DNA of 64,000 bases. Origin: Octopus vulgaris (taxonomy: Eukaryota). This document shows, one piece after another, positions 26,921 to 40,080 of this stretch; within the stretch, counting starts at the first letter, position 1; each line of letters opens with the position of its first letter. The stretch lies in NCBI GenBank assembly GCA_951406725.2, contig OX597818.1:15934001-15998000 (forward strand), written 5' to 3'. The notes below the pieces were generated by a model. That model worked only from the letters and a program-made list of their open reading frames with translations, did not search any database and was not told where the DNA came from. The translations under genes and the position numbers were made by a program.

Positions 26921-28896
26921 ACATACCCGCCTACCTACCCACCCAAATCCATCCATACATACATATATACATGATGGCTGTTTATCTACACTCTAACATT
27001 TCTGTTGATTCATCACTTCGATGAAATATGAAATGACTGCTTGTAAGCAATTACCTATGATTCCCAGCCTACAGAAATTATCCCAGACAATCCTACAACT
27101 CTATTTAGAATGCAAGTTACAGATCTAGCAGTAAGAAATAATTATAAATTATTGGTGTACCTGTGAATAGTGTCACACAAAGTGTACAGCAAAGTCTTAC
27201 ATCTGTAGCGGGAATGTTCAGCAGTCAGATCACTACACCTGATGTCACAATTTGCTAGAATATTACCCACATGATCAACAAAATCTGATCAATCACAACT
27301 TTGTATGGAATAGGTTCCAGCAATGATTTCATCTTTTGGTGCACTTCCTTCTGAGCCTAACCATTAGTATAAATTTAACACACCTTGACTTTTGACAGAA
27401 GGCTTGGAGAGAGCATTGAGAGGTAGCAGAGACAAGATGGCAGACAGACATTACAAAGATGCAGACAGATACTGACCCAAGCTGACAACAGGCACAGTGA
27501 ATGACCGGCCACAGCAACACAACAACCAGGAGCTAACTTTTAGATTGCTGCTACAATTACACCAAGAACAATAACAGCCAAACTCTCTTGATATTTTTCC
27601 ATTTGTAATAAGAACAGTATTTGTTTTTTGTGTACAAAAAGAATAAAAGTTTTGTTATCAAAAATTGCAACAGATATCAGTGTTCTTCTCCATTCACATC
27701 TGTCCCTAATCTTGTAATTTGATTGTTGTAAAGAATATTATTGCATGTAACATGGGCATTAAAATAATTTAGTTTAAACTCTCAATAGGAATTCTCATAA
27801 ATCTAATATAAAAGTTTGGACTTGATAAGATATCATTTTTGAGTCAAAGTATGTTTCTCAATGGTAATAAAGTCAATAGTTGACTCATTTGTACCTTCCA
27901 CTGACCCAAGGTTTTCATTCTAGTATCTATTCTTGTAACAAAGAAGATTTTTCATAGATATAAAAGAGTTAAAATTTACTTACATAAGGAGTTGCTCTTA
28001 GTTAAATTAGGATTAGGGTTAGGTTTAGGGTCAAAGCTGAGGTTCACAATGAGGACATATTTGAATTTTTTTTTATTTTCCATTGGCTCTGATTTCCATT
28101 TTGTTATCTATTCTTGTAACAGAGGAAACATTTGTTTTGTTAATTTAAAAGATAAGGTATTTTACATGTGATTTTAAATTAGACAACAATAGATAATTAT
28201 TCAGTTTGTGGATGTTTGCTGAGATCAAGTGGCCATGAAAAGGGTTTCTTATTTTTGTTTGTTGTTGTGTAACTCCATGTCAGTTCTGATTAAGCAAACC
28301 TCTGTCTTTCTGTCTGTTTCTCTCTCTCCCTCCCACTCTCTTTTTAACCACATGGTTCTGGGTTCAGTCTAACTGTGTGGTACCTTGGGTGGGTGTCTTC
28401 TACTATAGCCTCAGGCTGACCAAAGCCATGTGAGTGGATTTTATATGTATATCTATGTGTGTGTGTGTCTTTGAGTCTGTGTTTGTCCCCTATCTTACTG
28501 CTTGACAAACAGTGTAATCCGAAACTTTTAAACTATCATATTTATTATTATATATTTATACATATACATATTTACATATATTTATATATATTTATAATTT
28601 TAATACAACTGTTATTTTACACATGTATATATCATTCTGAAGAATTTTCTAATATTGGTTTCCTGATATTAATAATAATATATTATATAAAATATATATA
28701 ATCGCTCATATTAAATACATAAATACTTTAATAGTATTAATACTTTGATACAATAGAGCACTCAATATAAATTCAGTATATAATATTCTCATTGAATATA
28801 TTTAACTAAAGATATATGTATGTATACATACATACATATATATATATAGATATATATATATATGTGTGTGTGGTGTGTGTGTGTGTGTATGTGTGA

Positions 28897-28931
<35 letters not shown>

Positions 28932-29004
28932 AATATATATGCATATATATATGTTTATATATAAGTATATATATATATATATTATATATGTGTGTATATA
29001 TATG

Positions 29005-29086
<82 letters not shown>

Positions 29087-29091
29087 CATAT

Positions 29092-29470
29092 ATGATGATG
29101 ATGATTGCCACTTCTTTACAGAAGAGGGCCATCTCTTCAATTAATAAATGAGATCTTATATGACTAGCAAATCCTGCTCTTGACAAACTCTACTGTAGAC
29201 TTTACAAATATTTTTAAGCAGTTAAGTGTCTGGGATTGTTGTTAAGTCCTATGTGCAAAGTGCTTGTTTCAAGATAGATTGTTCAATTCTTTGAGCTTTA
29301 AATGCTTTATATCTATTGTAGATCATTTGTTTCCAAATCGATCGATCTTGCGTCGTATGCTCCCGGTCTTCAGCTTTCACATAAAGAGCCTTAAGGTTGC
29401 TTTTGACAGCATCCCTAAAACGTTTATTAGGTCTATGTCTCAAACATTTACCATACTGCAACTCCCCATA
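29092..29470 (-). mobile_element. RTE/BovB-like LINE 3' end (C-terminus with C2H2-like finger) in (TA)n
   Basis: YGELQYGK..RHRPNKRFRDAVKSNLK...DRSIWKQMI and [12 protein letters not shown]; (CAT)n tail. Confidence 0.8.
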
Positions 29471-29490
29471 TATAGATGTATATGTATATA

Positions 29491-29526
<36 letters not shown>

Positions 29527-29529
<3 letters not shown>

Positions 29530-30568
29530 TAATAAATAAAATATATGCATACATACATACATATATGTACGTACCTACATCTACATGTATATAAACATGC
29601 ATATATAAATACAGTACAAGTAAAGAATAAAAACAGGACAAGGAAACAAACATTGAGGGCCTTTTTTTGGCCTAGACGATGGATGCGTACATATATGTAT
29701 GTATGTATGCGTATATTTTATTTATTAATTTATTGCATGACTGAGCGCCCTCGCGTCGTTTCGTTTCTTTTCTGTTCTCTAAGTAAGTTTTTATATATAA
29801 TTATGACATGAAACTCTGTAACGCTTTGCTTGACCTTCCCTACCTTCCTATCTGTCTTCCTCTTTGCCTGTCTCTCTCCTTATTTTTCACCCTTTCTGGT
29901 TTCCTTTCCTCTCTATCTCTCTCTCTCTTACTCCTCCTCATCTCTCACACAGCCGAGTCGACCACTTCCTTTCGCTGGCGGCCTCCTACGAGTGAACATG
30001 CTTTTTTCCTGCGCTCTTGAATTTTTCCATCGTCTAGGCCAAAAAAAAAGCCCTCAATGTTTGTTTCCTTGTCCTGTTTTTATTCTTTACTTGTACTATT
30101 TTTTTGTATTTGTATTTTTTTTTTATTTGTAATGTTTTTACGCCCTGTTTTTGTCACATTTTTTTCTTTCCTTGTTTTTACCCCTCTGCAAAGGAATTTT
30201 ATTTAATTCTTTCGCAGGAAGGGCTAGTTCGACGCATCGTGTTCTGTCCTTACCCTCGAAACACGCATATAGTCGAACTAGGGACAGCTGATGAAGGGGA
30301 ATTTTCCTTGTATTGTTTGTCTTCTACTCTGTTTTTTCGTTGTTAAAAAAAGTCCGTTTCCATGTTTGTTTTTACGTTTTCGCTTCTCGTTGAGTTCTAC
30401 GTCTATTTGTGGTGTCCTGTACTCACATATATATATATTTATATATGCATGTATATATACATGTAGATGTAGGTACGTACATATATGTATGTATGCATAT
30501 ATTTTATTTATTAATTTAATGCATGACTGAGCGCCCTCGTGTCGTTTCGTTTCTTTTCTGTTCTCCAA

Positions 30569-30570
<2 letters not shown>
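29527..30570. mobile_element. Rearranged Penelope-like terminal-repeat element between (TA)n tracts
   Basis: 29610-29682 is inverted at 30027-30098; 29527-29610 is inverted at 30430-30520; 29686-29785 is direct at 30476-30570; contains a hammerhead-like core. Confidence 0.6.
30224..30300 (+). ncRNA. Candidate non-circularly permuted hammerhead ribozyme
   Basis: Order: stem III' cgtg + UU; stem I ctgtcc; stem II' cctc; GAAA; stem III cacg; stem I' ggacag; CUGAUGA; a-gggg. Outer 10-bp helix ctagttcgac / gtcgaactag. Confidence 0.75.
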
Positions 30571-30628
<58 letters not shown>

Positions 30629-30639
30629 ATGCATATATA

Positions 30640-30925
30640 GGATCTTTTCCTTTTGAACGGCACTTTGTAACATAATTTCTAGGTAACTAAAAAGTTTTAA
30701 ACTTCGTATACTGGTAGAATGTGTTTATAAAACATCATTTTCTCTTGGCTTTATTGAGAAAATTTTATAGTTTGTAAGATATTTCGTCTGAAATTTCAAG
30801 CATTTCGGCAATTTTAACCAATCGATTACCTCCATTGACGTAAACAACATTCTGTGCTGTATGAATATGTCCCTCGTTTAAGATACAGATTGGGTTTATT
30901 TACATTTGTGAAGAAAAAAAGATAA
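30640..30925. mobile_element. Truncated GGATCTTTT-terminus MITE (relative of 40565-41101 and 42531-42806)
   Basis: ggatcttttccttttgaacggca start; internal block shared with 42570-42680. Confidence 0.75.
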
Positions 30926-30934
30926 CGAAATACC

Positions 30935-31165
30935 TATTTCTTTACTATCCACAAGGGGCTAAACACAGAGAGGACAAACAAGGACAGACAAATGGATTAA
31001 GTCGATTATATCAACCCCAGTGCATAACTGGTACTTATTTAATCGACCCCGAAAGGATGAAAGGCCAAAGTCAACCTCGGCAGAATTTGAACTCAGAACG
31101 TAACGGCAGACGAAATACCGCTAAGCATTTCACCCGGCATGCTAACGTTTCTGCCATCTCGCCAG
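30935..31165 (-). mobile_element. SINE family C
   Basis: tatttctttactatccacaaggggctaaacac...gaactcagaacgtaacggcagacgaaataccgctaagcatttc. Confidence 0.95.
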
Positions 31166-31189
31166 CTTTTAGTTGGTTACCATTGATAA

Positions 31190-31510
31190 GCTTCTGGTAA
31201 CCAACTAGATATAGAAACTGAAACAGTCCCTCCCCTCCCTACAGTCCAGACTTATGTCCTTTGACTTTTGGTCGTTCCCCATGCTGAAGGAAAACCTCAA
31301 GGGGCAGTCGTTTTGATGATGATGGAAGCTGTAAGAAGGGCCCTAGATATCTACACTTTAGAGGCATTCTATAGGGCCCTCACAAAGTAACTGGAGTACT
31401 ACAACAAATGCAATGAAGTCAGAAGATCCTATTTTAAAAGAGTTTTATACTTAGAAATTAATAAATGACTATACTGAAAAACTCCGCAAACTTCTGGAAT
31501 GCTCTTTGTA
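31190..31510 (+). mobile_element. Mariner 3' remnant
   Basis: cctccctacagtccagacttatgtcct = PPYSPDLCP, followed by DFWSFPMLKENLKG. Confidence 0.7.
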
Positions 31511-32544
31511 CTATCTTTTCTCCATCGTAAATGAAAATGACAATTCAATCTTTTGCATGTCCAGATGGCCTTTATCTTTAGCTCTATGTATAAACTTAGT
31601 TTATTCTTATTCTCTACTAAGAGTTCTCATAAAATCTTTCTTTCTGTCTTTCAAATTTAATGTATACTTACATATAAACTTTGGTTTATTCCTGTTTAAC
31701 ACTCACCTACTCAAACTTTCATTCACTTAATTCTTTATGGTTCTGTGATATTAGAAATATTCCTCTTGCATTCAAGAAGATGAAAATGATTTACACCTCT
31801 TCACTACCCTACCATCTGCCTTTTTCCCCTCTTTCATTCTTGGTCATTTTAACATTTTAACATTTTAACATTCAGTTGCTGTTAAAGCATAAAAATATGT
31901 CTTTCAGCTATTTTCTCTGCTTCTTAACAATCCACTGTCTATTATACAACTAGTCTCTGTTTTAAATGTTGGTTAAACATTTCTCTGCTAAAGATTTTTC
32001 TTTATTTCTGTCTCCATCTCTGTCTATTTAACATACATCTACTTATAAACCTTATTTGTTCATAGTTTCTACTGTAAGTTTCAATGAAATCTTTATTCAC
32101 TGTGTTACCCTCTTTGATTTATTCTTCTTTAATGTACATCCATTCAAATTTTTATCAATTTGATTCTTTTGCTTCCTCCCACCCCCATCTCATCCACAAT
32201 GCATCTACCTGCCCGACTTCTACCACAACTAATTCTGATAAGCCTTTCAAAATATGTTCCATTGAAAACCATTGCCATCTCATTAGCTTCACTTAAGAAA
32301 TGCATTTTGAGGCCTCATGTCTCCATACATCTATCCTCAGTTGTCCCATTCTTACACACATTCATAATATATATTTTTACTGGCCATTGTGTCTCTTTTA
32401 TTAATCAAAGCATCCCAGACATATATATTTTTAGCCAATATAAGTTTAAGCCAAGATGACAGTGATATTTATCTCAGCATATGCACCATACTCAGGACTG
32501 CAAGCTGAACAGAATGTCTGCTTTAACAAAACCATTCTGCAGAT

Positions 32545-32832
32545 TCTGGCACTTTGTCAGTTATGATGACAAGGTTTCCAGTTGATCTGATCAACAGAAC
32601 AGCCTGGTTATGAAGTTAACATGCAAGTGGTTGAGCACTCCACAAACACGCATACCTTTAGAGCAGTTCTCAAAGAGATTCAGCTTTACACAGAATGTGA
32701 TAAGGCTGGCTCTGTGTGTACTGGAGCAATGTGAAATTAAGTGTCTTGCTCATGGACACAATACACTGGTTTTTGAACTCATGACATTACAGTTCTGTGC
32801 TAGATACCCTAACCTCTTAGCCACATGCCTTC
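32545..32832 (-). mobile_element. SINE family B, internally deleted
   Basis: Similarity to 6505-6830. Confidence 0.75.
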
Positions 32833-33120
32833 AGATTATATCTGAAACAAGTGACAGTGATCTCATTAACATGGGCCAGTGACTTTAACAAACATATTGG
32901 ACAACATTACAAGGTCTTATCAGGCATACATGGGGATATGGTTATGAAACATGGAATAAAGAGGTTGAGGGCCAAGGTTCTTTGAGTTCTATGATGTAAA
33001 CAACTAAAACATTTGCAATATCAACTGCAGGAAATTGGCAAGTCACCTGATTACCTACCAATTAGGTGAACACAGAAGCTGCATGAAAGTTTTCTTCATC
33101 AGAAAAAGAGATAGATGGAT

Positions 33121-33355
33121 GAAGGTGGTGAACTGGCAGAAATGTTAGCACGCCAGGCGAAATTCTTGGCGGTATTTCGTCTGCCGCTACATTCTGAGTT
33201 CAAATTCTGCCGAGGTCGACTTTGCCTTTCATCCTTTCGGGGTCGATAAATTAAGTACCAGTTATGCACTGGGGTCGATCTAATCAACTTAATCCCTTTG
33301 TCTGTCCTTGTTTGTCCCCTCTATGTTTAGCCCCTTGTGGGCAATCAAGAAATAA
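33121..33355 (+). mobile_element. SINE family C with flanking direct repeat agaaaaagagat
   Basis: Full consensus-like copy; absent from the inverted duplicate arm at about 34290. Confidence 0.95.
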
Positions 33356-33611
33356 GAAAAAGAGATTGTGAATATCAAGTCTTTCCTTGATGGAGGGTGT
33401 ACAACCCAATATAGACTAGTGGTTAGCAACACCAGAATAAGAAGTAAGAACTAGACAAACTCTGAGATAAAGACAATTTTGAGATGGAAAATATATAAGT
33501 TATAGGAGCCTTCAGTTAGTAATAGGTTTGGATCGGTATTGGTTGATGAGATAGAGGAGGAGGTAGAAAGTTATAGCTTAGAAGACAATTAAGAGTTTGC
33601 GTGTGGTAACA

Positions 33612-33822
33612 TATTCTTTTCTATTCTAGGCACAAGGCCCAAAATTTTAGGGGACGGGACCTGTCTATTAGGTCGACTCCAGTACACAACTGGTACTTAA
33701 TTTATTGACCCCGAAAGGATGAAAGGCAAAGTTGACCTCAGCAGAATTTGAACTCAGAATGTAAAGACAGACGAAATACTGCTAAGCATTTCGCCAGCGT
33801 GCTAACGTTTCTGCCAGCTCGC
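33612..33822 (-). mobile_element. SINE family C
   Basis: Reverse-complement copy. Confidence 0.9.
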
Positions 33823-34481
33823 CAATGGCAACTTAACTGATCTGTGGCTGAAGCAAGGTCCCAATGGACTTGATGCTGAAACAGCTCTGTAGATAAGAAC
33901 CATAGGGTTAAGAAAGAAGACTGGAAAAAAGGAAGCAGCAAGAAAAGCTTGACATCAAGCTAGGTGCGAAACCTAAAGAAAGAAGTTAGTCAATATTCTA
34001 ATGCATGGAGTTCAGAGGCACGAGGTATTCAAGACTACAAAGCAGAAATAGTAGTGGTGCAGCTACTCCTACCAATACCGGAGTAAGAGTGTAGAAGAGT
34101 TACTATGAGAAGTTGCTGAATACAAAGAATGTAGAGGGAAAAGAGGGCCTTATATATTTTCCTTCTCAAAATTGTCTTTATCTCAGAGTCTGTCTAGTTC
34201 TTACTTCTTATTCTGGTGTTGCTAACCACTAGTCTAAATTGGGTTGTACACCCTCCATCAAGGAAAGACTTGATATTCACAACCATCTATCTATCTCTTT
34301 TTCTGATGAAGAAAACTTTCATGCAGCTTCTGTGTTCACCTAATTGGTAGGTAATCAGGTGACTTGCCAATTTCCTGCAGTTGATATTGCAAATGTTTTA
34401 GTTGTTTACATCATGGAACTCAAAGAACCTTGATCCCCAACCTCTTTATTCCATGTTTCATAACCATATCCCCATGTATAC

Positions 34482-35830
34482 TGTACAGAGGGACGAGTTA
34501 TTCAAGTTTCCTGTGGTATGGCAGATAGAGAGATTAAAGATGTCAAGACAGAGAAAGTATCAGCACCATCAGAAATAACTGCTGAGATGCTTATGATGTC
34601 TGATAAAGAAGGCCACAAACTAGCCACCTACATATTCAGTCAGGAGTTTAGGAAGAAGCCATCCGAATGGCCTGAGTAACAGTATCAATGCTGGCTGCTA
34701 CAGAAGCAAAGGAGATGCATTGGAGAGAGAGTTAATTACAGAGGTATCTAACTGTTAAACTAGGCTATGGAAGTTATCAGTTGATAATTGATAATTAACC
34801 AAGATGAAGTGCAGTTAGTTTTGTACCTACTGATGCTATTTTCCTATTAAAGTAAATGCAGAATTACTTAGCCAGGAATAACCCTCTATAACTGGCAGTT
34901 GCCAACCTAAAAAAGACCTTTAACAAGTTTCAATGCACTATGGAATGATGGTTTCTGAGGAAGCTAGGATAATATGAATGGTTGTAAGAGCTGTGCAAGC
35001 TATGTACAGAAGTGCAGTCAGCAAGCCAAGAGTCAGTAATGCATTCAGCAATGCATAAGCTGAATCGGTAGTATACTTGAAGAAGTTCCAGATGTAGAAA
35101 CAAATTTTAGAGTTAAGAGGCATCAATGTTAATTTAGCACACATTAAAGTATTAACCAGTTAGGACCATGCTACCACCAGAGAAATGACCATGCTCAATA
35201 TGCAGAAAAAAAACACAAGTAGAAATTCCATATGGTGTACCCACTACAAATCATGGATACACAGTAGCTGCAGTAAGATCACAGACAGGCTAACAGAAAA
35301 GATAGACTTCATATGCAGCAGGTGAACAAGGATAGTAATAACTAAGATAGCTCAGTAATAACTAAGAATGCCCAGAAATAGTTGACAGCTTTTGCTATCT
35401 GGGTGGTCTAATTAGTAATGGTAGTGATGGCAGAGAAGTTCCAAAAGCATAGCAGCTGGTGTAAGAATGGGTTAGAAAATGTTCAGAGATCTATTATCTC
35501 TGTTAGAAACAAAGGGCTTCTCCCTCAGAGTGAAAAACAGATTGTACAATGTGTGTGTCTGTGTGTATATAATGTGAGTGGATCCCATACCACCTGTCAT
35601 TATATGAATGGACAAGTAATAGGAAGATGCTGCCTGATTGGCACCCATACTGGTGACATGTAAAAAGCACCCACAACATTCTTAGAGTGGTTGGCATTAG
35701 GAAGGGCTTCCAGCTGCAGAAACCTTGCCAGATCAGATTGGGGCCTGGTGCAGCCTCCTGGCTTGCCAGTCCTCAGTCAAATCATCCAAATCAAGCTAGC
35801 ATGTAAAGCAGACATTAAACAATGATGATA
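34482..35830 (+). mobile_element. Old, heavily decayed copy of the RTE LINE
   Basis: Residual EIKDVK...SAPSEITAEML, NYRGI, KGFSLRVKNRLYNVCV; 3' UTR ggttggcattaggaagggc and gatgat tail. Confidence 0.85.
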
Positions 35831-36350
35831 TATATATATATATATATATATAATGTATCCAGAAAAGGAGATATGTTACGTACTTAGCCAAACATGTTTG
35901 GCGACTGAAGGATGACAGAACTTCACACATAATATCATGGAAGATGCTAGAAAATTTAGGCCCCTACATAAATGGGTCCATGCATTGCAAGTTGCATAGC
36001 TGAACGGACAAGTATATTAAAGGACTCCCTCAATCTGGGGAACAACTTAACTCCAGGACAGAAGTCTTCAGACCTTGCTTGCACTTCAGGAAATTCCTAA
36101 TGACATCCTAGGATCCACACGATAACAGGGTCAGTAAAAGTTAATTATGAGTAGTGATCAAAGAGAGACAATCCCCTGTTGTTGAAAGAGTAACAAAGTC
36201 TTTTTCTCCTCCATTTTCTAGAGAGATCACTTGCTAAAGAGACCATAGGCTTAGGGTCTGAAGGAATGCAGTAAAGTTAAGTACTTTATGGATGTGAAAA
36301 CCAGTGTAACCCCATAGACAAGCCATATCTATATTTATATACTCTAATGC

Positions 36351-36395
<45 letters not shown>

Positions 36396-37429
36396 TATAT
36401 ATGTAATGCTTAGATATTGCAAGACCAATAACTCAATGCAGAACTTGATATACGCATGTTTCAGAACAAAGTATTGGCTGAGTATAGATCAGTAATATGA
36501 AAGAAAGATGATAAAGGAATAAATGATTATCTTTTGAACTTCATTAGCTTCCTTTATCATCTCTCTTTCACACATGCACACCCACACCCTTACACACACA
36601 CACATATCTTTGACGTCCTCTCATCTTCCTATCACTTGTTCTATTCATATAATGACAAGTGGTGTGGGATCCACTCACATTCAACTTCCTCATTACCACT
36701 ATCCTCATCACTATACTTCTCTTGCTGATCACAAAATCTATGTATAAGTCCTGCTGTATGCAATAAACTTTACTTTCACCCTTTCTGCAGTACCAGTCAT
36801 CATACATACTCTCTCTTCGTTCACTTTGTCTCTACAATCATACTTTTGCTCTTTTTCCCCATCCATCTTGGACCTTCTTCTGTCATAGCATTCTCTGCTA
36901 TCTCTTCCTTAATTATGTTGCCTTGAGTGTAAGGTGGTTGATAATAAGAAAGGCATCCAGCCTTAAAAAAAAAAAAACCAATCCAAAAGAGAAATGTATG
37001 ATCCTCTAACTTGTCTATGAGGGAAGTAGTTCTCAATATGAAATGATTTCAGTTGTGAGAACCCAGCCAAGTCACACTAGCATGAAAGGTGGATGTAAAA
37101 TGACAAGACAATGATGCATAAATAATGATCTGTGGGTGTGGTTTGTGTGCAACTTCTGATGATGCATAATACACAATTTACGTACTTTGTAGTTTATTGT
37201 GGAGCAATTAGGAGTCCAGACAGGGCTATTCTAATGTCTGATAGAATTAATGTCTTGTTTGCACACTACTGTTGTCCTGGTTACTATTGGCCATATTTGG
37301 TATATGAGAATTCTCTCTGTATATTTGGACAGTATTTTGGTTTCTTTAGTCTCTTCTATATGTCCTGTAAATTTTGTATTGTTACATGTATGTAATTCTT
37401 TTTTTTTTCTATTTGTTGTTGTACGTTTA

Positions 37430-39089
37430 CGAGATGCTATCAAAAAATGTTCCAGGACTAGTTATGCTTAATAAAAATAACCTATTTTTACTCTTTTTAC
37501 TTGCTGGAGCATCGCTTTTAGTTGAGCAAATCGCCCCCAGGACTTATTCTTTGTAAGCCTAGCACTTATTCTATCGGTCTCTTTTGCTGAACCACTAAGT
37601 TATGGTGACATAAGCACACCAGCATCGGTTGTCAAGCGATGTTGGCGGGGGGGGGGGGGACAAACACAAACATATACTCTTTTTACTTTTTTACTTGTTT
37701 CAGTCATTTGACTGCGGCCATGCTGGAGCACAGCCTTTAGTCAAGCAAATTGACCCTGGGACTTATTCTTTGTAAGCCCAGTACTTATTCTATCAGTCTC
37801 TTTTGCCGAACCGCTAAGTTACGGGGACGTAAACACACCAGCATCGGTTGTCAAGCAATGCTAGGGGGACAAACACAGACACATAAACACATACATATAT
37901 ATATATATACATATATACGACAGGCTTCTTTCAGTTTCCTTCTACCAAATCCACTCACAAGGCATTGGTCGGCCCGGGGCTATAGTAGAAGACACTTGCC
38001 CAAGATGCCACGCAGTGGGACTGAACCCGGAACCATGTGGTTGGTTAGCAAGCTACTTATCACACAGCCACTCCTGTGCCTATACACACACACACATATA
38101 TATATACATATATACGATGGGCTTCTTTCAGTTTCCGTCTACCAAATCCACTCACAAGGCTTTGGTCGACCCGAGGCTATAGTAGAAGACACTTGCCCAA
38201 GGTGTCACGCAATGGGACTGATCCCAGAACCATGTGGTTGGTAAACAAGCTACTTACCACACAGCCGTAAGTTTTAATATCATCTCCTTTGAAATAGTCA
38301 CCTCGTACAGCAATGCACCAGACCCAGTTTTCCTGTCACTTTTAGAATGTGGCCAAGAAGTTGTTTTCCATAACTGAATCAAATGACCTACTGCAATTCA
38401 CTCTGGATCTTGACAATGGTGTTTAAACGGTGACCTTTGAGCTGCATTTTCATCTTGGGGAAGAGATGGAAGCCTGCAAGTGCTAAATTTGGTGTATAGG
38501 GTAGGTTCAGAAGTGATATCACGTTGTTTTGGGCAAGAAATTCATGAGTGAGGAATGCTCAGTGAAGAATCTAATTCTTTGCTCTCCATAGATCCCATCA
38601 CTTCAGCTGAATATCCTCTCTCAAACTCTCCAAAATATCGCTGTAGAAGTCTTGATTGGTACTCTGGCCCTGGGGAATGAATTCTTGATGCAGAATCCCA
38701 CATTTCCAGTTGTGACACTTGTGGCAGGTTTTCCAGATTGTTCATTGTCTTCGAGGGACATTCTTCCATTTTTGAAGAGCCCATGCCACTTGAAACATTG
38801 TGTACGACCCATTACCTCATTGCTCAGTGTCTCTGTAGCAGATCTCTCAAGTTTAACACAAAAGTTTGCACTGGCACTTTGTTCCTGTCCATGACAAAAT
38901 TGCAGACTACAACATACAGGTAATCACAAAAAAACACAAAATTTCAAAACTTGTGAAGTAAACCCTGTGATGACCCTCAGCACATTTGCTAATGAAGGTC
39001 ACTGCTAGCTCTCACTGCGACTGCAACCATGTGCTGCCATCTGTTGGCATACTACAGAACTAGTCCAGGAACTTTTTGATACCACCTCT
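37430..39089 (-). mobile_element. Mariner relic interrupted by a stack of three SINE A copies (37486-38266)
   Basis: TIRs cgagatgctatcaaaaaatgttccaggactag / ctagtccaggaactttttgataccacctct, TA flanks; HTH fragment MGRTQCFKWHGLFKNGRMSLEDNEQSGKP. Confidence 0.9.
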
Positions 39090-39269
39090 TATGTTGTTGT
39101 TTAACTCAGATCAACCTAATTGTAAAAATTAATGATATAGGATGTCCCAACTATGATCATTTTTGTTTCAGGACTGTGTAGAGCTACATTATCTAACGTA
39201 TCCTTTTACTTAAGAGTGATTTGAGTGAAATTTAGCAGTTATTTTTAGCAGATGACATGTATAGAATGT

Positions 39270-39900
39270 TATGGTCGATTGTATTTAACCTTCTCTTGTG
39301 TTTGTGGTAAGAAGGGAAATGGAGGACTGAGCAGGTATTGTGTTGTTTCGGAGCTAGGTTCTAGATGATGGTGGGAGGATATGAATGTAATCTCATCTGC
39401 ATGTGAAGAAGTGTATGTTTTGTGGAGGTGTGGGAAGGTCATGTAGATGCAGATCAAAAGCAAACAAAAAAACAAAAAGATGAATTGGAGAGAGGATGTG
39501 AAAATTAATTTCAGGAAATTACAGTTCCTGGATGTGATGTTTCTATATATTTATATATGGCATTATCAACTTGAAATATAGTTTCCTAGCAAGAAGTTAG
39601 CATTGTTTCTTAAAGAGGTATTGAGTATTTTAAGTATAAGTATGTTGTGAGAAATGAGGTTAAAAGCTTTGATGTCAATGATAATGAGTATAATGGATGA
39701 GTTTTTTCGCCTGAAGTCATGAAGGATATTTTGCATAAGATTTGTGAAATGTGGTGTTTAAAAGATCAATGGTTTGAATGTATGGTGAGTGTTGGAGGGA
39801 AGAATGCATAGATTGGTAATGAGTAATATGACATTTTCTTGAATTTTTGAAGAAGGGCATAGGGTAGTGATAGATTTGTATGATGTGACTTTAGTTGGAT
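39270..39900 (-). mobile_element. Decayed non-LTR reverse transcriptase remnant (clade unassigned)
   Basis: Reverse complement gives LHLHDLPTPPQN and SHADEITFISSH (YADD-like) plus a DI.KAF-like segment; similar-style remnant at 10930-11190. Confidence 0.5.
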
Positions 39901-40080
39901 ATTTACAGGGTTTTAATGCTTTAGCATTTAAGCCAACCATATCCAGCCAAAATATTGTATTTGTTTTATGTTCAAACTAGCCAAATACAGTCTCTTACAT
40001 GTAAACTATAATGTCTTACTAAAAGTAAATGATCCCAAAATCAAAATCTCAAAGCTACAAGATAATGCAATACTTGGTAA

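Noticed and set aside
27160-27535. Unique-looking segment as a possible exon
   Set aside because: The frames examined contain stops and no motif was recognised
28010-28032. Telomere or chromosome-fusion relic
   Set aside because: Only 2-3 degenerate TTAGGG units; better explained by the MITE family that carries them
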